Origin: a virus
Strand: one strand, 5' to 3'
Virus record (IMG/VR): IMGVR_UViG_3300043436_003813
Span: 6,355-70,354 of that record
DNA length: 64,000 bases
Every line of letters starts with the position of its first letter. Within the stretch, counting starts at the first letter, position 1. Positions 27,902 to 36,883 of this stretch are shown here, piece after piece. The notes under the pieces were generated by a model that saw only the letters and a list, made by a program, of their open reading frames with translations, made no database searches and was not told where the DNA came from. Position numbers and translations under genes: made by a program.

Positions 27902-29914
27902 TTAGTAATCCGAAGAGATGTAAACTTTTGCAAAGTCGAGGTTGTCCTCAGTCGAAACGCCGTTGCGCGCCTCGCCCTTGAACGCCAGCGCAGTGCCCTC
28001 GGCAGGAATGTTCGTGGATACGCTCGAATCATAAACCACCACTCCGGTGCGGATGTTCACGATTAGAACGAAAATCTGCGAGCTAGGCCCCGGAGGGCAG
28101 AACATAATCAGATCGTATCCATCGGTCGTGTTGCGGGCAGCGTTGGTGCCGAGGTCAACCTTGGTGGCTGTGCCCGATCCGTCGTTGTGCATCAGGAACC
28201 AGTTGCCTGTGGTCGCATCGGTCGAGTCGTGGCCCATTCCAATCATGTGAACAAGGAGCGACGGCTCGTTATTCAACGTGGTGATCTGCTGACAAAGGCC
28301 GATGAACTTATGGCTACTGGCCGCGTTGATATTGGTGCCGAACTGCGCGCGAAAAAACCACCCGCCCGCGCCCGCCGTGGCCGAGCGCACCCATTGGGTG
28401 TAAGCCGTGCGCATACCCGTCGCATTGCCCGCCGTGGTGTTAGTCTGGAACCGCTTCTTCAAAACGGTAAACCAGAGGTTAGTCGAGTTCGCCACTTGGG
28501 CGACCGACACCGTATTCAACGTGGTGATCGTGCCTCCGAGGACCGTAGGAGCATTGGAGCCTGAGGACGCAGAGACGATAAATACCGCGTTACCCGATAG
28601 CGACTCTTGCAGGATCGCGCTGATACCAGACGGCCCGATGAACTTCGGCATGAGCCTCCCCGCCAGCGACCGAGCATAGAGTAGCAGGCCACCGGCAGCC
28701 GGTGCCGAAGGCTCAGAGGCGACGGCGACGAGTCGCAGGTTGCCGCTTTCGATCTCGACGTTGGCAGCACCACCAAAGGCGCCAGCGTTGTTAAATTGGA
28801 TTTCCCCGGTCGTGCCGCCCGGCGAACCGCCGCCGCCACCCGGAGGCGCTGCGAAGGTGCCGTCCGCGCGCAGGAAGTTGGTGGTGCCGCCGCCAGAAGC
28901 GGGGACCAAGCCCGCGTTGCCGCTGCTCATTAGCGGGAGCGTCGCGTCCGTGCCGGTGTCGCTGGCGATTACGCGGGTGGCCGCGTCGTAGGTCAGATTA
29001 GTCCCTGCACCGCCACCCGCCGCCGCAATCGTGAGCGTCCGGGTTGCGCCTGATCCAGCGGGCGTGATCGTGATATTCGTGCCAGCCACAAGCGCCGCCT
29101 CGGTCTGCGCTCGGGATGCGCTGTTGAAATCCGTGCTGTCAGCGGCGACGTGAGTGTGCGAGGTGTTGGCCTTGCCCGCGAGGCCCGAGTCGAGTTCCGC
29201 CTGCGTGGCCATGTCCACGGCGAATCCCGGATTCGGATATGTGCCCGAGAGCACGCCACCCGCTCCGCCAGAGGGAGGCAGCGAAGAGGGAGCGCCGCTA
29301 AGGTCGGAATACGCACCAGAGGTGGCCACGGTGGCCAGCCCGGTGATCGTGCTAACCGCCTGCGTGCCGGTGTGGTTCGCGCGGGCGAGGAGGGTCGCGT
29401 CGGGCGAGTTGGCCGTGGCGCCGGTAGCGATGCCATCCAGCTTCGTTTTATCCGCCCCCGTCAGCACACCCGCCAAAGAGGTGGTGGCCGCAGGCAAAAC
29501 GGCGTCCGTCCCGGTGCTGCTTTCAACGGTTACGGTAGTGCCACCTCTGGTAAATGTAAGGTTGGTCGCTCCGCTGCCCCCGCCAGTCTGGTCCACCCAC
29601 GCCGTCGCGTAGTCAGCCCCGCTAGTCTTGGCCAACACCTGCCCCGTAGTGCCGCCCGTAGGCACGCCAGCCGGGCACTGAGGGCCAGCGGGGCATTGAG
29701 GACCCGCTGGACCAGCAGGGCCGGCAACGCAGACCTGGTTCACCGCGCTCACCCACACGGGCTCACCGTTTACATACGTGAGAACGACGGGACAGGGAGA
29801 AATGGAAACGGAGGGCGGGGTGCAGGTGATGGGCACGGGCTGGGGCTGGGTGCCGCCACGGTCGGTGCAGTCGCAATCAGGCTGGCCGGTAGAACTATTG
29901 CACCCGCAGCTCAT
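27902..29914 (-). CDS. Tail fibre protein
   Basis: Start MSCGCNS (ATGA overlap with the holin); GPAGPA collagen-like stretch; GGTTGQVLAK, DKTKLDGIA.GAT, RANHTGTQ, GEIQFNNAGAFGG fibre motifs. Confidence 0.85.
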   Translation of the reverse strand: MSCGCNSSTGQPDCDCTDRGGTQPQPVPITCTPPSVSISPCPVVLTYVNGEPVWVSAVNQVCVAGPAGPAGPQCPAGPQCPAGVPTGGTTGQVLAKTSGADYATAWVDQTGGGSGATNLTFTRGGTTVTVESSTGTDAVLPAATTSLAGVLTGADKTKLDGIATGATANSPDATLLARANHTGTQAVSTITGLATVATSGAYSDLSGAPSSLPPSGGAGGVLSGTYPNPGFAVDMATQAELDSGLAGKANTSHTHVAADSTDFNSASRAQTEAALVAGTNITITPAGSGATRTLTIAAAGGGAGTNLTYDAATRVIASDTGTDATLPLMSSGNAGLVPASGGGTTNFLRADGTFAAPPGGGGGSPGGTTGEIQFNNAGAFGGAANVEIESGNLRLVAVASEPSAPAAGGLLLYARSLAGRLMPKFIGPSGISAILQESLSGNAVFIVSASSGSNAPTVLGGTITTLNTVSVAQVANSTNLWFTVLKKRFQTNTTAGNATGMRTAYTQWVRSATAGAGGWFFRAQFGTNINAASSHKFIGLCQQITTLNNEPSLLVHMIGMGHDSTDATTGNWFLMHNDGSGTATKVDLGTNAARNTTDGYDLIMFCPPGPSSQIFVLIVNIRTGVVVYDSSVSTNIPAEGTALAFKGEARNGVSTEDNLDFAKVYISSDY
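29750..29798. repeat. 49-bp direct repeat, copy 2
   Basis: cacccacacgggctcaccgtttacatacgtgagaacgacgggacaggga. Confidence 0.9.
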
Positions 29915-30126
29915 TCGCCCTCCCTCTTCACCTTCCGAATAGCTTTTACCACCCAGTAAACCCCATAGGCAACGCCACCCACGGCAGCTCCAAGAGCGGC
30001 GATGCAACCGAACAAGGTAGTCGCGCGCTCAATAAGAACGAAAATCCCCGTGGCACCGGAGGCGGCTCCGACAGCATGGGCGGCTTGTGGGGGAACGGTG
30101 TCGATCATTTGCTGGATGCGGCTCAT
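29911..30126 (-). CDS. Holin-like small membrane protein
   Basis: 71 aa, two hydrophobic segments, basic C-terminus KAIRKVKR. Confidence 0.5.
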   Translation of the reverse strand: MSRIQQMIDTVPPQAAHAVGAASGATGIFVLIERATTLFGCIAALGAAVGGVAYGVYWVVKAIRKVKREGE

Positions 30127-30145
30127 CGTTGCGGGAGGATAGGGT

Positions 30146-30793
30146 TTACAAGACTTTTTTCACATCACGGATGTAATTGCTGTGGGCGTAGACACCGGCA
30201 ATCACAACGAATAGGAGGGCCACGCCCACCACCCACGGATGCTGCTTGGTGAAATCGTAGGCTTGCATCATGGCGAAGACTGATCCGCCAGCCGCAATCA
30301 GCGCAAAGCCGATGCGCGGGCCAAGGAAGGGCACTTGCGCCGCGAGGAAGAACGAGGCCACACCAGCCGCCACCAAGAGAGCGGAAAGCCCGTATCCGCC
30401 AAGTCGCAGGTAGCGGTCAGTCTTTTCCAGCGCATCCTTCAGTTGCTTGGCCAGCGAAGCGTTCTCTTGCTTTAGCCCGGCAATCACCCCGTCCCGCGAT
30501 TTTAAGGCCACCTCATACTCAGCCACTATCTTCTCCACGTCCACTGCCGGATTGGCCGCTATTGCGGCGCGTTGGGCGTCTGTGTGCGGCTTGGCCAACG
30601 GGGCCACGGCATCAATCTTATCCGCCTCCTTGAGCACCACCTCATCCTTGGCCTTCTGCCCAGCCACCACGGGGCCGGAGACGGGGAGCGGCACGGGTTC
30701 TGGTATGGGCTTGCGTCCATTGCAGCCGGACAGCGAGAACGCTATCAGCGCCATCACGGCAAGAAAGAAGACAGTGAAGGCGGGGCGTGGCAT
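30146..30793 (-). CDS. Lipoprotein with coiled coil and C-terminal TM helices (unimolecular-spanin-like)
   Basis: MPRPAFTVFFLAVMALIAFSLSG|C lipobox; Pro linker; coiled coil; three C-terminal hydrophobic helices. Confidence 0.55.
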   Translation of the reverse strand: MPRPAFTVFFLAVMALIAFSLSGCNGRKPIPEPVPLPVSGPVVAGQKAKDEVVLKEADKIDAVAPLAKPHTDAQRAAIAANPAVDVEKIVAEYEVALKSRDGVIAGLKQENASLAKQLKDALEKTDRYLRLGGYGLSALLVAAGVASFFLAAQVPFLGPRIGFALIAAGGSVFAMMQAYDFTKQHPWVVGVALLFVVIAGVYAHSNYIRDVKKVL

Positions 30794-30795
30794 AC

Positions 30796-31152
30796 TCAAG
30801 CGGTGTATTGGCAGAGCGCCCGGACGCGGGCGTGATGGGTTCCAAATCCGCCCGTTGGGACACCAAGCGAAACAAGCAACTTTTCCAGCGCAGCACTCTC
30901 TGTGTCCGTGCTCAAAATGCCGGGATCTGGCGCGCCAACCTCCGACGCATAGAGGATGCAAAACTCCTTTACAATCTCCCCGCCCGGCCCCTGTGCATCC
31001 CCGCCCAACTCCACCAACATCTGCCGCACGTAGAACTGCCACGGACACCCGCCAAGCACTGCCTGCGTAGAGCCCATGTCAGACAACAAATTACTCGCCG
31101 TCTTCATCCAGAGGACAGGCGTAGTATCTGAAGGCGTTGGCGACAGTGACAT
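30796..31152 (-). CDS. Hypothetical virion protein
   Basis: MSLSPTPSDT start directly after the promoter motif. Confidence 0.6.
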   Translation of the reverse strand: MSLSPTPSDTTPVLWMKTASNLLSDMGSTQAVLGGCPWQFYVRQMLVELGGDAQGPGGEIVKEFCILYASEVGAPDPGILSTDTESAALEKLLVSLGVPTGGFGTHHARVRALCQYTA

Positions 31153-31188
31153 TGCACCTAGCGTCCACACATCGCGTGCTTGGCAAGC
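31153..31188 (-). promoter_or_regulatory. Late-promoter-like motif, copy 2
   Basis: GCTTGCCAAGCAC-N11-ACGCTA-N6-ATG. Confidence 0.6.
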
Positions 31189-31210
31189 ATAAAGTGCGGG
31201 CGAGGGCAGC

Positions 31211-31240
31211 AAAAGAAAAAGGGGCTCCCGAAGGAGCCCC
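31211..31240 (-). terminator. Rho-independent terminator after the major capsid gene
   Basis: GGGGCTCC-TTCG-GGAGCCCC-TTTTTCTTTT. Confidence 0.9.
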
Positions 31241-31268
31241 AGAAATGCCTACCTCAACTATTTCTAGT

Positions 31269-32480
31269 TTAGGCGCTGACAGTCTCGCACGGCTGCGAAC
31301 TCGCCCAGCCTCCGCCGCAGCGTTGGATCATGATCGGCACCACGGCATGGGGCGTGACGGGGTGAATCGAGCGGGCAATTCGGTAAATAAAATTACCGAC
31401 ATCGCCGAATTTGTTGCAGTCGCTCTTGACGTTGAACCACTCAATCTGGCCGCTCCAGAACTGCGGGCCAAACTTCATAAGAGCCTCACCGGCATACTGC
31501 TTGGGGATGTTGTATTTGAAGGCACCCTTGTAAACAAGGAAGCCAAGCTCATACGGAGCATCAACCCAAGCCTGATTGGCGGTGCGGATAACACCATTGT
31601 CAGTGACGGTATTAACGTAGGGCTCAATGAAGATCGGATTGCCGTTACCATCAAGGGTGGCGAACCGCTTATTCTTGTGGTCGATGGCGAACTTGATGCC
31701 GCGATAGCTGGTCTCCACGAAGGCAAATTTCCAGAGGTCGGACTTCTCCTTGCCGAAGGAGCCCTGAACCGCGAGGTTGTAATCGCCCTTGAGGGACGTA
31801 TCGTTACGCAGAGTCTCGACAGCATCCGAGGAGCCGATGAAAACCGAGTGGGCCTCATTGCCAGCACCAAAGAGCTGAACCTGCATGTTCTCCTTGATGT
31901 AGGTGTCGATCTTGCGTAGGAGGGGCCACGAGAGATAGCCGGTGGGGAGACCGCCCGGATAGTTCACATCAACCTGCCACTCACCGCCAGTGGCGATGTC
32001 GGCCAGAGAGGTGGCCGTAGCCGAAAGGCGCACCTTGAAGCCGGAACGCTGGGAATAGACATTGGAGATGTCCTGGCCCTTGATTTCGGTGATGGCCTCC
32101 CTCAGACGAATCTCCGCGTCGCGATACATGCCGATGACGGTGGAGCGTGCGTTGGCGAGACAGATTTTCGGCCCCTCACCAGCAAGCTGCTGGAGGACGG
32201 AATCGTATTGAGTGGAACCAAACTCGGCAACGGGGCCGGTGGGGTTACAGCCGCCGAGAAGGGTCTCGAACTCGGGGGCGGCGTAAGACTGATTCGTGAC
32301 CATGCGGCCCGGAGTCAGCGTGCGGAGGGTGTCACCTTGGTTGTTCTCAACGGTGCCACCTTCGATGGTGTTGGTCCAAGGGGAATTGACTTTTTCGTAA
32401 GCGGAAACGGTCAGTTGATACTGAGGAATCTGATGGGGGATTTGCGTGTTAAACACGTCGGGGGTGCAATCAGCGGCCAT
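31269..32480 (-). CDS. Major capsid protein
   Basis: 403 aa, last gene of the head module, strong terminator; NQGDTLRT P22/T7-like motif. Confidence 0.7.
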   Translation of the reverse strand: MAADCTPDVFNTQIPHQIPQYQLTVSAYEKVNSPWTNTIEGGTVENNQGDTLRTLTPGRMVTNQSYAAPEFETLLGGCNPTGPVAEFGSTQYDSVLQQLAGEGPKICLANARSTVIGMYRDAEIRLREAITEIKGQDISNVYSQRSGFKVRLSATATSLADIATGGEWQVDVNYPGGLPTGYLSWPLLRKIDTYIKENMQVQLFGAGNEAHSVFIGSSDAVETLRNDTSLKGDYNLAVQGSFGKEKSDLWKFAFVETSYRGIKFAIDHKNKRFATLDGNGNPIFIEPYVNTVTDNGVIRTANQAWVDAPYELGFLVYKGAFKYNIPKQYAGEALMKFGPQFWSGQIEWFNVKSDCNKFGDVGNFIYRIARSIHPVTPHAVVPIMIQRCGGGWASSQPCETVSA

Positions 32481-32662
32481 TGTGGGAAGAATCTAACGTA
32501 TCTCTTCCGCGACTCCCATTCAGAGGAAACACAGCACAGAGCGGAGCGCGGGCTTTGACTCTCTTGCGCTGCTTTGCTCTGTGCGGGGGAGCTGTCTATC
32601 GCACGTCTTACTGGAACGACTCGTAAGGGTTTTTTACGTTCCTATGTGTGCCGACTTTAGGG

Positions 32663-33433
32663 CTAGGTTGCCGCTGTCAACAACTTTTTACGGACATCTT
32701 GCTGAATGATTTCCAGCTTTGCGCCATGAACAAGCGCCGGGTAAATGTCTTGGCCGTAAAGCGGATTGGATGGGCCGGGATAACGCTTCGGTTCCCATAT
32801 CTGCTCCGGGCCAGTGTAGGGGTTCTCGGGCATACCCCAGCGGTAGCAGGACATGATGAGGCGGGATGCGTGGCCGTCTCGTTGCATGGCGGGGCCGAAC
32901 TTGGCGTCCCAACCTATGCGGCCCGGTGGCGTGAAGATGTCTCGGTTCTTGCGCCAGAAGTCTCGGTGGAGGAGACAGTTTCCGTTGATGTGCTTGCAGC
33001 CGTAGTCGTCGGCCTCAAACCACGATCCATTCACCATCTTGCCCGAGGCGTAGGTCTCTTGGACTATCTCCTCTAACCATGTCAGGCGCGTGGGGAGGCA
33101 GTCGGCTTCGGTGAGGAAAAGGTAGTCGTAGTCCCAGCCGTCTTTGTGGGCGCGGTTCTTTTCCACGAAGAAGGTGTAGATGTCCGCAAACATGGCGTTG
33201 CACCCAGCAGGCCAGTTTACTACACGCCTACGTGTGGTGTGTGTCCAAACATTAAAGCGCCTTGCGCAATACAGCTCCAATTCATTATCGCGAGGCACGT
33301 CAAAGCGGTAGGCGATGAGCAAGTCGGCCACCTCGCACTTGTTCCCACGAAGGTCCGCGTAGAGGCGGAGGAGGCTCTTGCCCAGCGTTACGTCGTGGGG
33401 GGAGAGTTGGACGCAGAGCAATACCTTCTTCAT
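32663..33433 (-). CDS. Putative glycosyltransferase (GT-A fold)
   Basis: WPAGCNAMF, YLFLTEADCLP (ExD), HINGNCL, GWD, LVHGAK. Confidence 0.6.
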   Translation of the reverse strand: MKKVLLCVQLSPHDVTLGKSLLRLYADLRGNKCEVADLLIAYRFDVPRDNELELYCARRFNVWTHTTRRRVVNWPAGCNAMFADIYTFFVEKNRAHKDGWDYDYLFLTEADCLPTRLTWLEEIVQETYASGKMVNGSWFEADDYGCKHINGNCLLHRDFWRKNRDIFTPPGRIGWDAKFGPAMQRDGHASRLIMSCYRWGMPENPYTGPEQIWEPKRYPGPSNPLYGQDIYPALVHGAKLEIIQQDVRKKLLTAAT

Positions 33434-34176
33434 TGCTTGGAAAGATACTCTTTGCGTGCCGCGATGCACATGTCACGTGCAACGGGGGTCTTGATGGCAT
33501 GCACCATCATTGCCCCGTTCTCGGCAATTTGCTGGCGCATTACGGCGATTCCGTGGGCGGTCTTAGTCTCACACGAGGCTCCGTGACGGAATGGCTTTAA
33601 TTCAACGCCCGCGTTCACGGCCATTGTCACCATCGACCAATCAATGAATGGGGTGATTGGGCAAACGCGGTTCTTGCCGTAGTTGTCCACCATCGCTTGC
33701 AGGGCTTTTCGGCCAAGGAAGTAGGGCGGCTGACTGGCGAGAATCGGGTAGCCGGCATGATAATCCTTAGGCCACGTAATGCCTTCCCGCGTTTCGCCCG
33801 GCTTGCGAAAGTCGTCCACGAGGTTGGACCAGAGCACGTTCTCTTCGGCGTAAAGGTAATCGGGCAGCTTGGCATCAAGGCACACGCTGTCCGAATCATT
33901 CATCAGGAAAAACTCAAAGGGCGTTCCGTCCGTTTGCTTAAACTCAAGGAGCTGGCGCATCTGAATGAACTGGCGGTCAAGACTTGCTTGGCCGATGTAG
34001 GCGCGTTGTCCCGACTCAAACCAGCACCAATGCAGACCGAAGCCGGTGATTGGCGCGTCCGAAGGCGACATCACCACCACTGGACATTGGTGGTGCTCAT
34101 ACAGTTTTTGCAGGGTGAGCAACTGGTCTTTATCGCCCGCGTAACCGTGAACGGAAACTAACGTGTTGGGATTCAT
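33430..34176 (-). CDS. Putative glycosyltransferase (GT-A fold)
   Basis: FFLMNDSDSVCL (DxD), SQPPYFL, IDW, MVHAIK. Confidence 0.6.
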   Translation of the reverse strand: MNPNTLVSVHGYAGDKDQLLTLQKLYEHHQCPVVVMSPSDAPITGFGLHWCWFESGQRAYIGQASLDRQFIQMRQLLEFKQTDGTPFEFFLMNDSDSVCLDAKLPDYLYAEENVLWSNLVDDFRKPGETREGITWPKDYHAGYPILASQPPYFLGRKALQAMVDNYGKNRVCPITPFIDWSMVTMAVNAGVELKPFRHGASCETKTAHGIAVMRQQIAENGAMMVHAIKTPVARDMCIAARKEYLSKQ

Positions 34177-35088
34177 TCAGGCGTTTTGGCTGGCGACGTA
34201 GGCTTGCCAAGTCTTTTTGAGACCGTCCTCAATGCTTATCTTAGGTTCCCAATCGGTAATGGATTTCAGTCGCTTTGTGCAGAAGGTCTTTTTTTCGATT
34301 CCGACTGGGGCATCATGCCTCCACACCACAACGGGCGGGGTGCCGGCGACGGAGAACAGGGTGGCCACAAGCTCGGCTATGGTAGTGCCTTGGCCCGGAC
34401 CGATGTTCACAAGGTCATGGAGTGTCTTGCTCGCAAGGACAGCGTGGATGGCGGAGGCGGCATCGTCCGCGTGCAAAAACTCACGGAGTTGATTCCCGCT
34501 TCCCCAAACAACGAATGGCTCACCCGTGGCCTTGCTTCGGTAGAGTTTGTTGATGAGTGCCGGGATGACGTGGGCGCGGTCTAGGCCATAGCTGTCGTTG
34601 TGCTCGGCATATAGGTTGCATGGAGCAACGGTCGTCCAGTTGAGCCCGTGCTTCTCCTTGTATGCCTTTACTAGTCGCCACCCCGCAATCTTTGCGATGG
34701 CGTAGGCTTCCACATCAGGCTCCAGTGGCCCATGCATCACCCACTGTTCACTTACTGGAACCGGAGCCGTCTTCGGATACATACAGGATGTTCCGACGAA
34801 GATGAGGTTTTGCACCCCATGCTCAAAGGCTGCCGCGAAGACTGCGTTCTGTATCTTGAGGTTTTCGTGCAGGAAGCCAATGGGGTCGGCCTTGTTGGCC
34901 GCGATGCCCCCTACCTTGGCAGCGCAATGAATGACGGCCTCCGGCCGAAGTTCGGCCATTGCGTAACGGGCGTTCGCCAGTGAATCGAGTCGGAGGTTGG
35001 TGGTGACTACCTCGTGCCCGGTGTTCTCGTAGAAGCGAACGCAGGCTGATCCGAGAAGTCCGCGATGGCCAGTAATAAAAATTCGCAT
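34177..35088 (-). CDS. fcl: GDP-L-fucose synthase
   Basis: ITGHRGLLGS Rossmann motif, HCAAKVGGIAAN, GTSCMYPK, YAIAK (YxxxK), PCNLY, HVIPALI, VWGSGNQLREFLHADD. Confidence 0.9.
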   Translation of the reverse strand: MRIFITGHRGLLGSACVRFYENTGHEVVTTNLRLDSLANARYAMAELRPEAVIHCAAKVGGIAANKADPIGFLHENLKIQNAVFAAAFEHGVQNLIFVGTSCMYPKTAPVPVSEQWVMHGPLEPDVEAYAIAKIAGWRLVKAYKEKHGLNWTTVAPCNLYAEHNDSYGLDRAHVIPALINKLYRSKATGEPFVVWGSGNQLREFLHADDAASAIHAVLASKTLHDLVNIGPGQGTTIAELVATLFSVAGTPPVVVWRHDAPVGIEKKTFCTKRLKSITDWEPKISIEDGLKKTWQAYVASQNA

Positions 35089-35089
35089 G

Positions 35090-35773
35090 TTAGACGTAGC
35101 GTTTGACTGGACCCTTCATCTTGAGCGGAGCCTCGGGGTTTGCGGGGTCTTTCTTCCGCTGGGGCTGCCAGAACGGGGAGATGCCCTCGATGTCGTGGTA
35201 GCGGTTGTGCTGGATGTGGTCAGTCAAGAACTTGGCCACCCACTGATGGGCTTCGGGGGTGCCGCCGACGATGGAGCCGGGGCAGGCTTTCTCCATCGCC
35301 GTCCATGCGGGGTGCGTGGTGATGAAGGTGTTGTAGCCGGTGCCGAGGCCGGTTTGTGTGAAGGTCTCTGTCTTCCCGTAGGTGCCGGGATGATATTCCT
35401 TGCAGCGGGACGTAGCCGCCCATGCGTTGCCAAGGGAGTTTTTCTTGCTCACTTCCATCACCTTTACGGCGTCGGGCTGTATGAACACGTCTTCGTGGGC
35501 AAGGATACCGATGCCGTCACCGCGCGTGGCCCACGCCAACTTGGCCAGCATCTCTTTGAGGGAGGCCGGGTTGTTCTGCGGCGTGATGAAGTCCACGTTC
35601 GCCACCTCGCCAGCAAGGTCGCTGGAGCGGTTGAAGAGGAAGACAGAGCGTGAGACGGCCCGCCAACTCTGCGTGGCATTGAGCACAGACTTGCTGGCCG
35701 ACGTAACGACGGACACCGTGGCCGCGAACTTGGGCTCGGGCTTGACGGGAAGATAGGGTTGGAATGGGGTCAT
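35090..35773 (-). CDS. Hypothetical protein (possibly a degenerate GT-A fold)
   Basis: GILAHEDVFI; inside the sugar cluster. Confidence 0.55.
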   Translation of the reverse strand: MTPFQPYLPVKPEPKFAATVSVVTSASKSVLNATQSWRAVSRSVFLFNRSSDLAGEVANVDFITPQNNPASLKEMLAKLAWATRGDGIGILAHEDVFIQPDAVKVMEVSKKNSLGNAWAATSRCKEYHPGTYGKTETFTQTGLGTGYNTFITTHPAWTAMEKACPGSIVGGTPEAHQWVAKFLTDHIQHNRYHDIEGISPFWQPQRKKDPANPEAPLKMKGPVKRYV

Positions 35774-36105
35774 TTTGAAATTGATGCTCGAATTACATTC
35801 TTGAGGTCACGCATACTGCACCAAAGACCATTATCTGCGCGCTCGGTGTCATCTCTGGCCAAGACTTGCCGGATGACCTCCTCCTCGGAAACCACCCCCA
35901 AAACGCGCAGGCGAGATACGCTCATTGAGAATGGAAACATTCCATAGTGCCAGCGATAGGTGAGTTCGGCTAATAGCTTGGAAAACGAGAGAACTTGCTT
36001 CGCGCCTGCGGTTGTGCGGAGCGGCGTAACCGCACTCCAAATTACAAAATACAGCGATTGCTTTTCACTAAGCCACTGACGAATGGCTTTTCTGATTCTT
36101 TTCAT
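35770..36105 (-). CDS. Hypothetical protein
   Basis: ORF from MKRIRK; ATGA coupling; lower GC. Confidence 0.45.
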   Translation of the reverse strand: MKRIRKAIRQWLSEKQSLYFVIWSAVTPLRTTAGAKQVLSFSKLLAELTYRWHYGMFPFSMSVSRLRVLGVVSEEEVIRQVLARDDTERADNGLWCSMRDLKNVIRASISK

Positions 36106-36109
36106 GATG

Positions 36110-36880
36110 TTATTGGCCGGGCATATATACATATTCGCCTACGTGCCCGCATTTGATGTCTGAGTCGAGATAGCACTTCACGCCCACTTCTTTGGCACGT
36201 GAGCAAAACGCCGAGTCCTCGCCCTGATGGTTTAGGCGGGGGAGGAAGTAGCCGTAGTAGTCGCCCGGACCACCAGCCTGGCCACGTGGCATGATGTCCT
36301 TGAAGCGAGTGGGCGCGGCGTCCTTGATCTTCTGGAACACTGAGCGGTGGACGCGGATGAAGCCCGTGGCAATCCAGTCTACTTCATGCAGACCAGTGAG
36401 CGTGCCGTTCTTTGCTTGGTCTCGGGTGAAGTTGCCGCCGAACACCATCGGGTTGCGCCCCTTTCCGCGTGCCGTGTAGAGCCCACCCACGATGCCGATT
36501 TCGGGGCCGTGGGACATGAGCTTGCCGATACCGTGAACACGCCCCAATCCAGCAGGAACACCCTCCCCGCAGAGGTCTAGGACGTGGCGCTCGTAGGCTC
36601 CTTCGTTTCCGTAGGGGATGAGCATGTCGTCATCCACCATGATGAGGTATTCGGCGTCTCCGCGCATGAAGACGTTGGCCACTTGGGAGCGGGCGCGGTG
36701 TATCTCCGTGGCCTTGGGGGCGCGGATGAGCCCAATCTTGTCGGGGCCATACGAGGCGTAGTTGGCGTAGAGCGCGAAGTGAACATCGGCGTTGATGTTC
36801 CGGTAGGCCATGAGTGCCACGGCTACCTTCTTGCCCTTCCACTGTGTAAGCGGAAGGGCGTCTGGTTCTTGGTCGGACAT
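36110..36880 (-). CDS. Glycosyltransferase, GT2-like
   Basis: IHRARSQV, YLIMVDDDM (DxD), IVGGLY, ATGFIRVHRSVF, GEDSAFC.RA, CGHVG. Confidence 0.85.
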   Translation of the reverse strand: MSDQEPDALPLTQWKGKKVAVALMAYRNINADVHFALYANYASYGPDKIGLIRAPKATEIHRARSQVANVFMRGDAEYLIMVDDDMLIPYGNEGAYERHVLDLCGEGVPAGLGRVHGIGKLMSHGPEIGIVGGLYTARGKGRNPMVFGGNFTRDQAKNGTLTGLHEVDWIATGFIRVHRSVFQKIKDAAPTRFKDIMPRGQAGGPGDYYGYFLPRLNHQGEDSAFCSRAKEVGVKCYLDSDIKCGHVGEYVYMPGQ

Positions 36881-36883
36881 GGT

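Noticed and set aside
27760-29798. Diversity-generating retroelement TR/VR pair
   Set aside because: Only 49 bp with two mismatches that are not both adenine-specific on one strand; no reverse transcriptase in the window.
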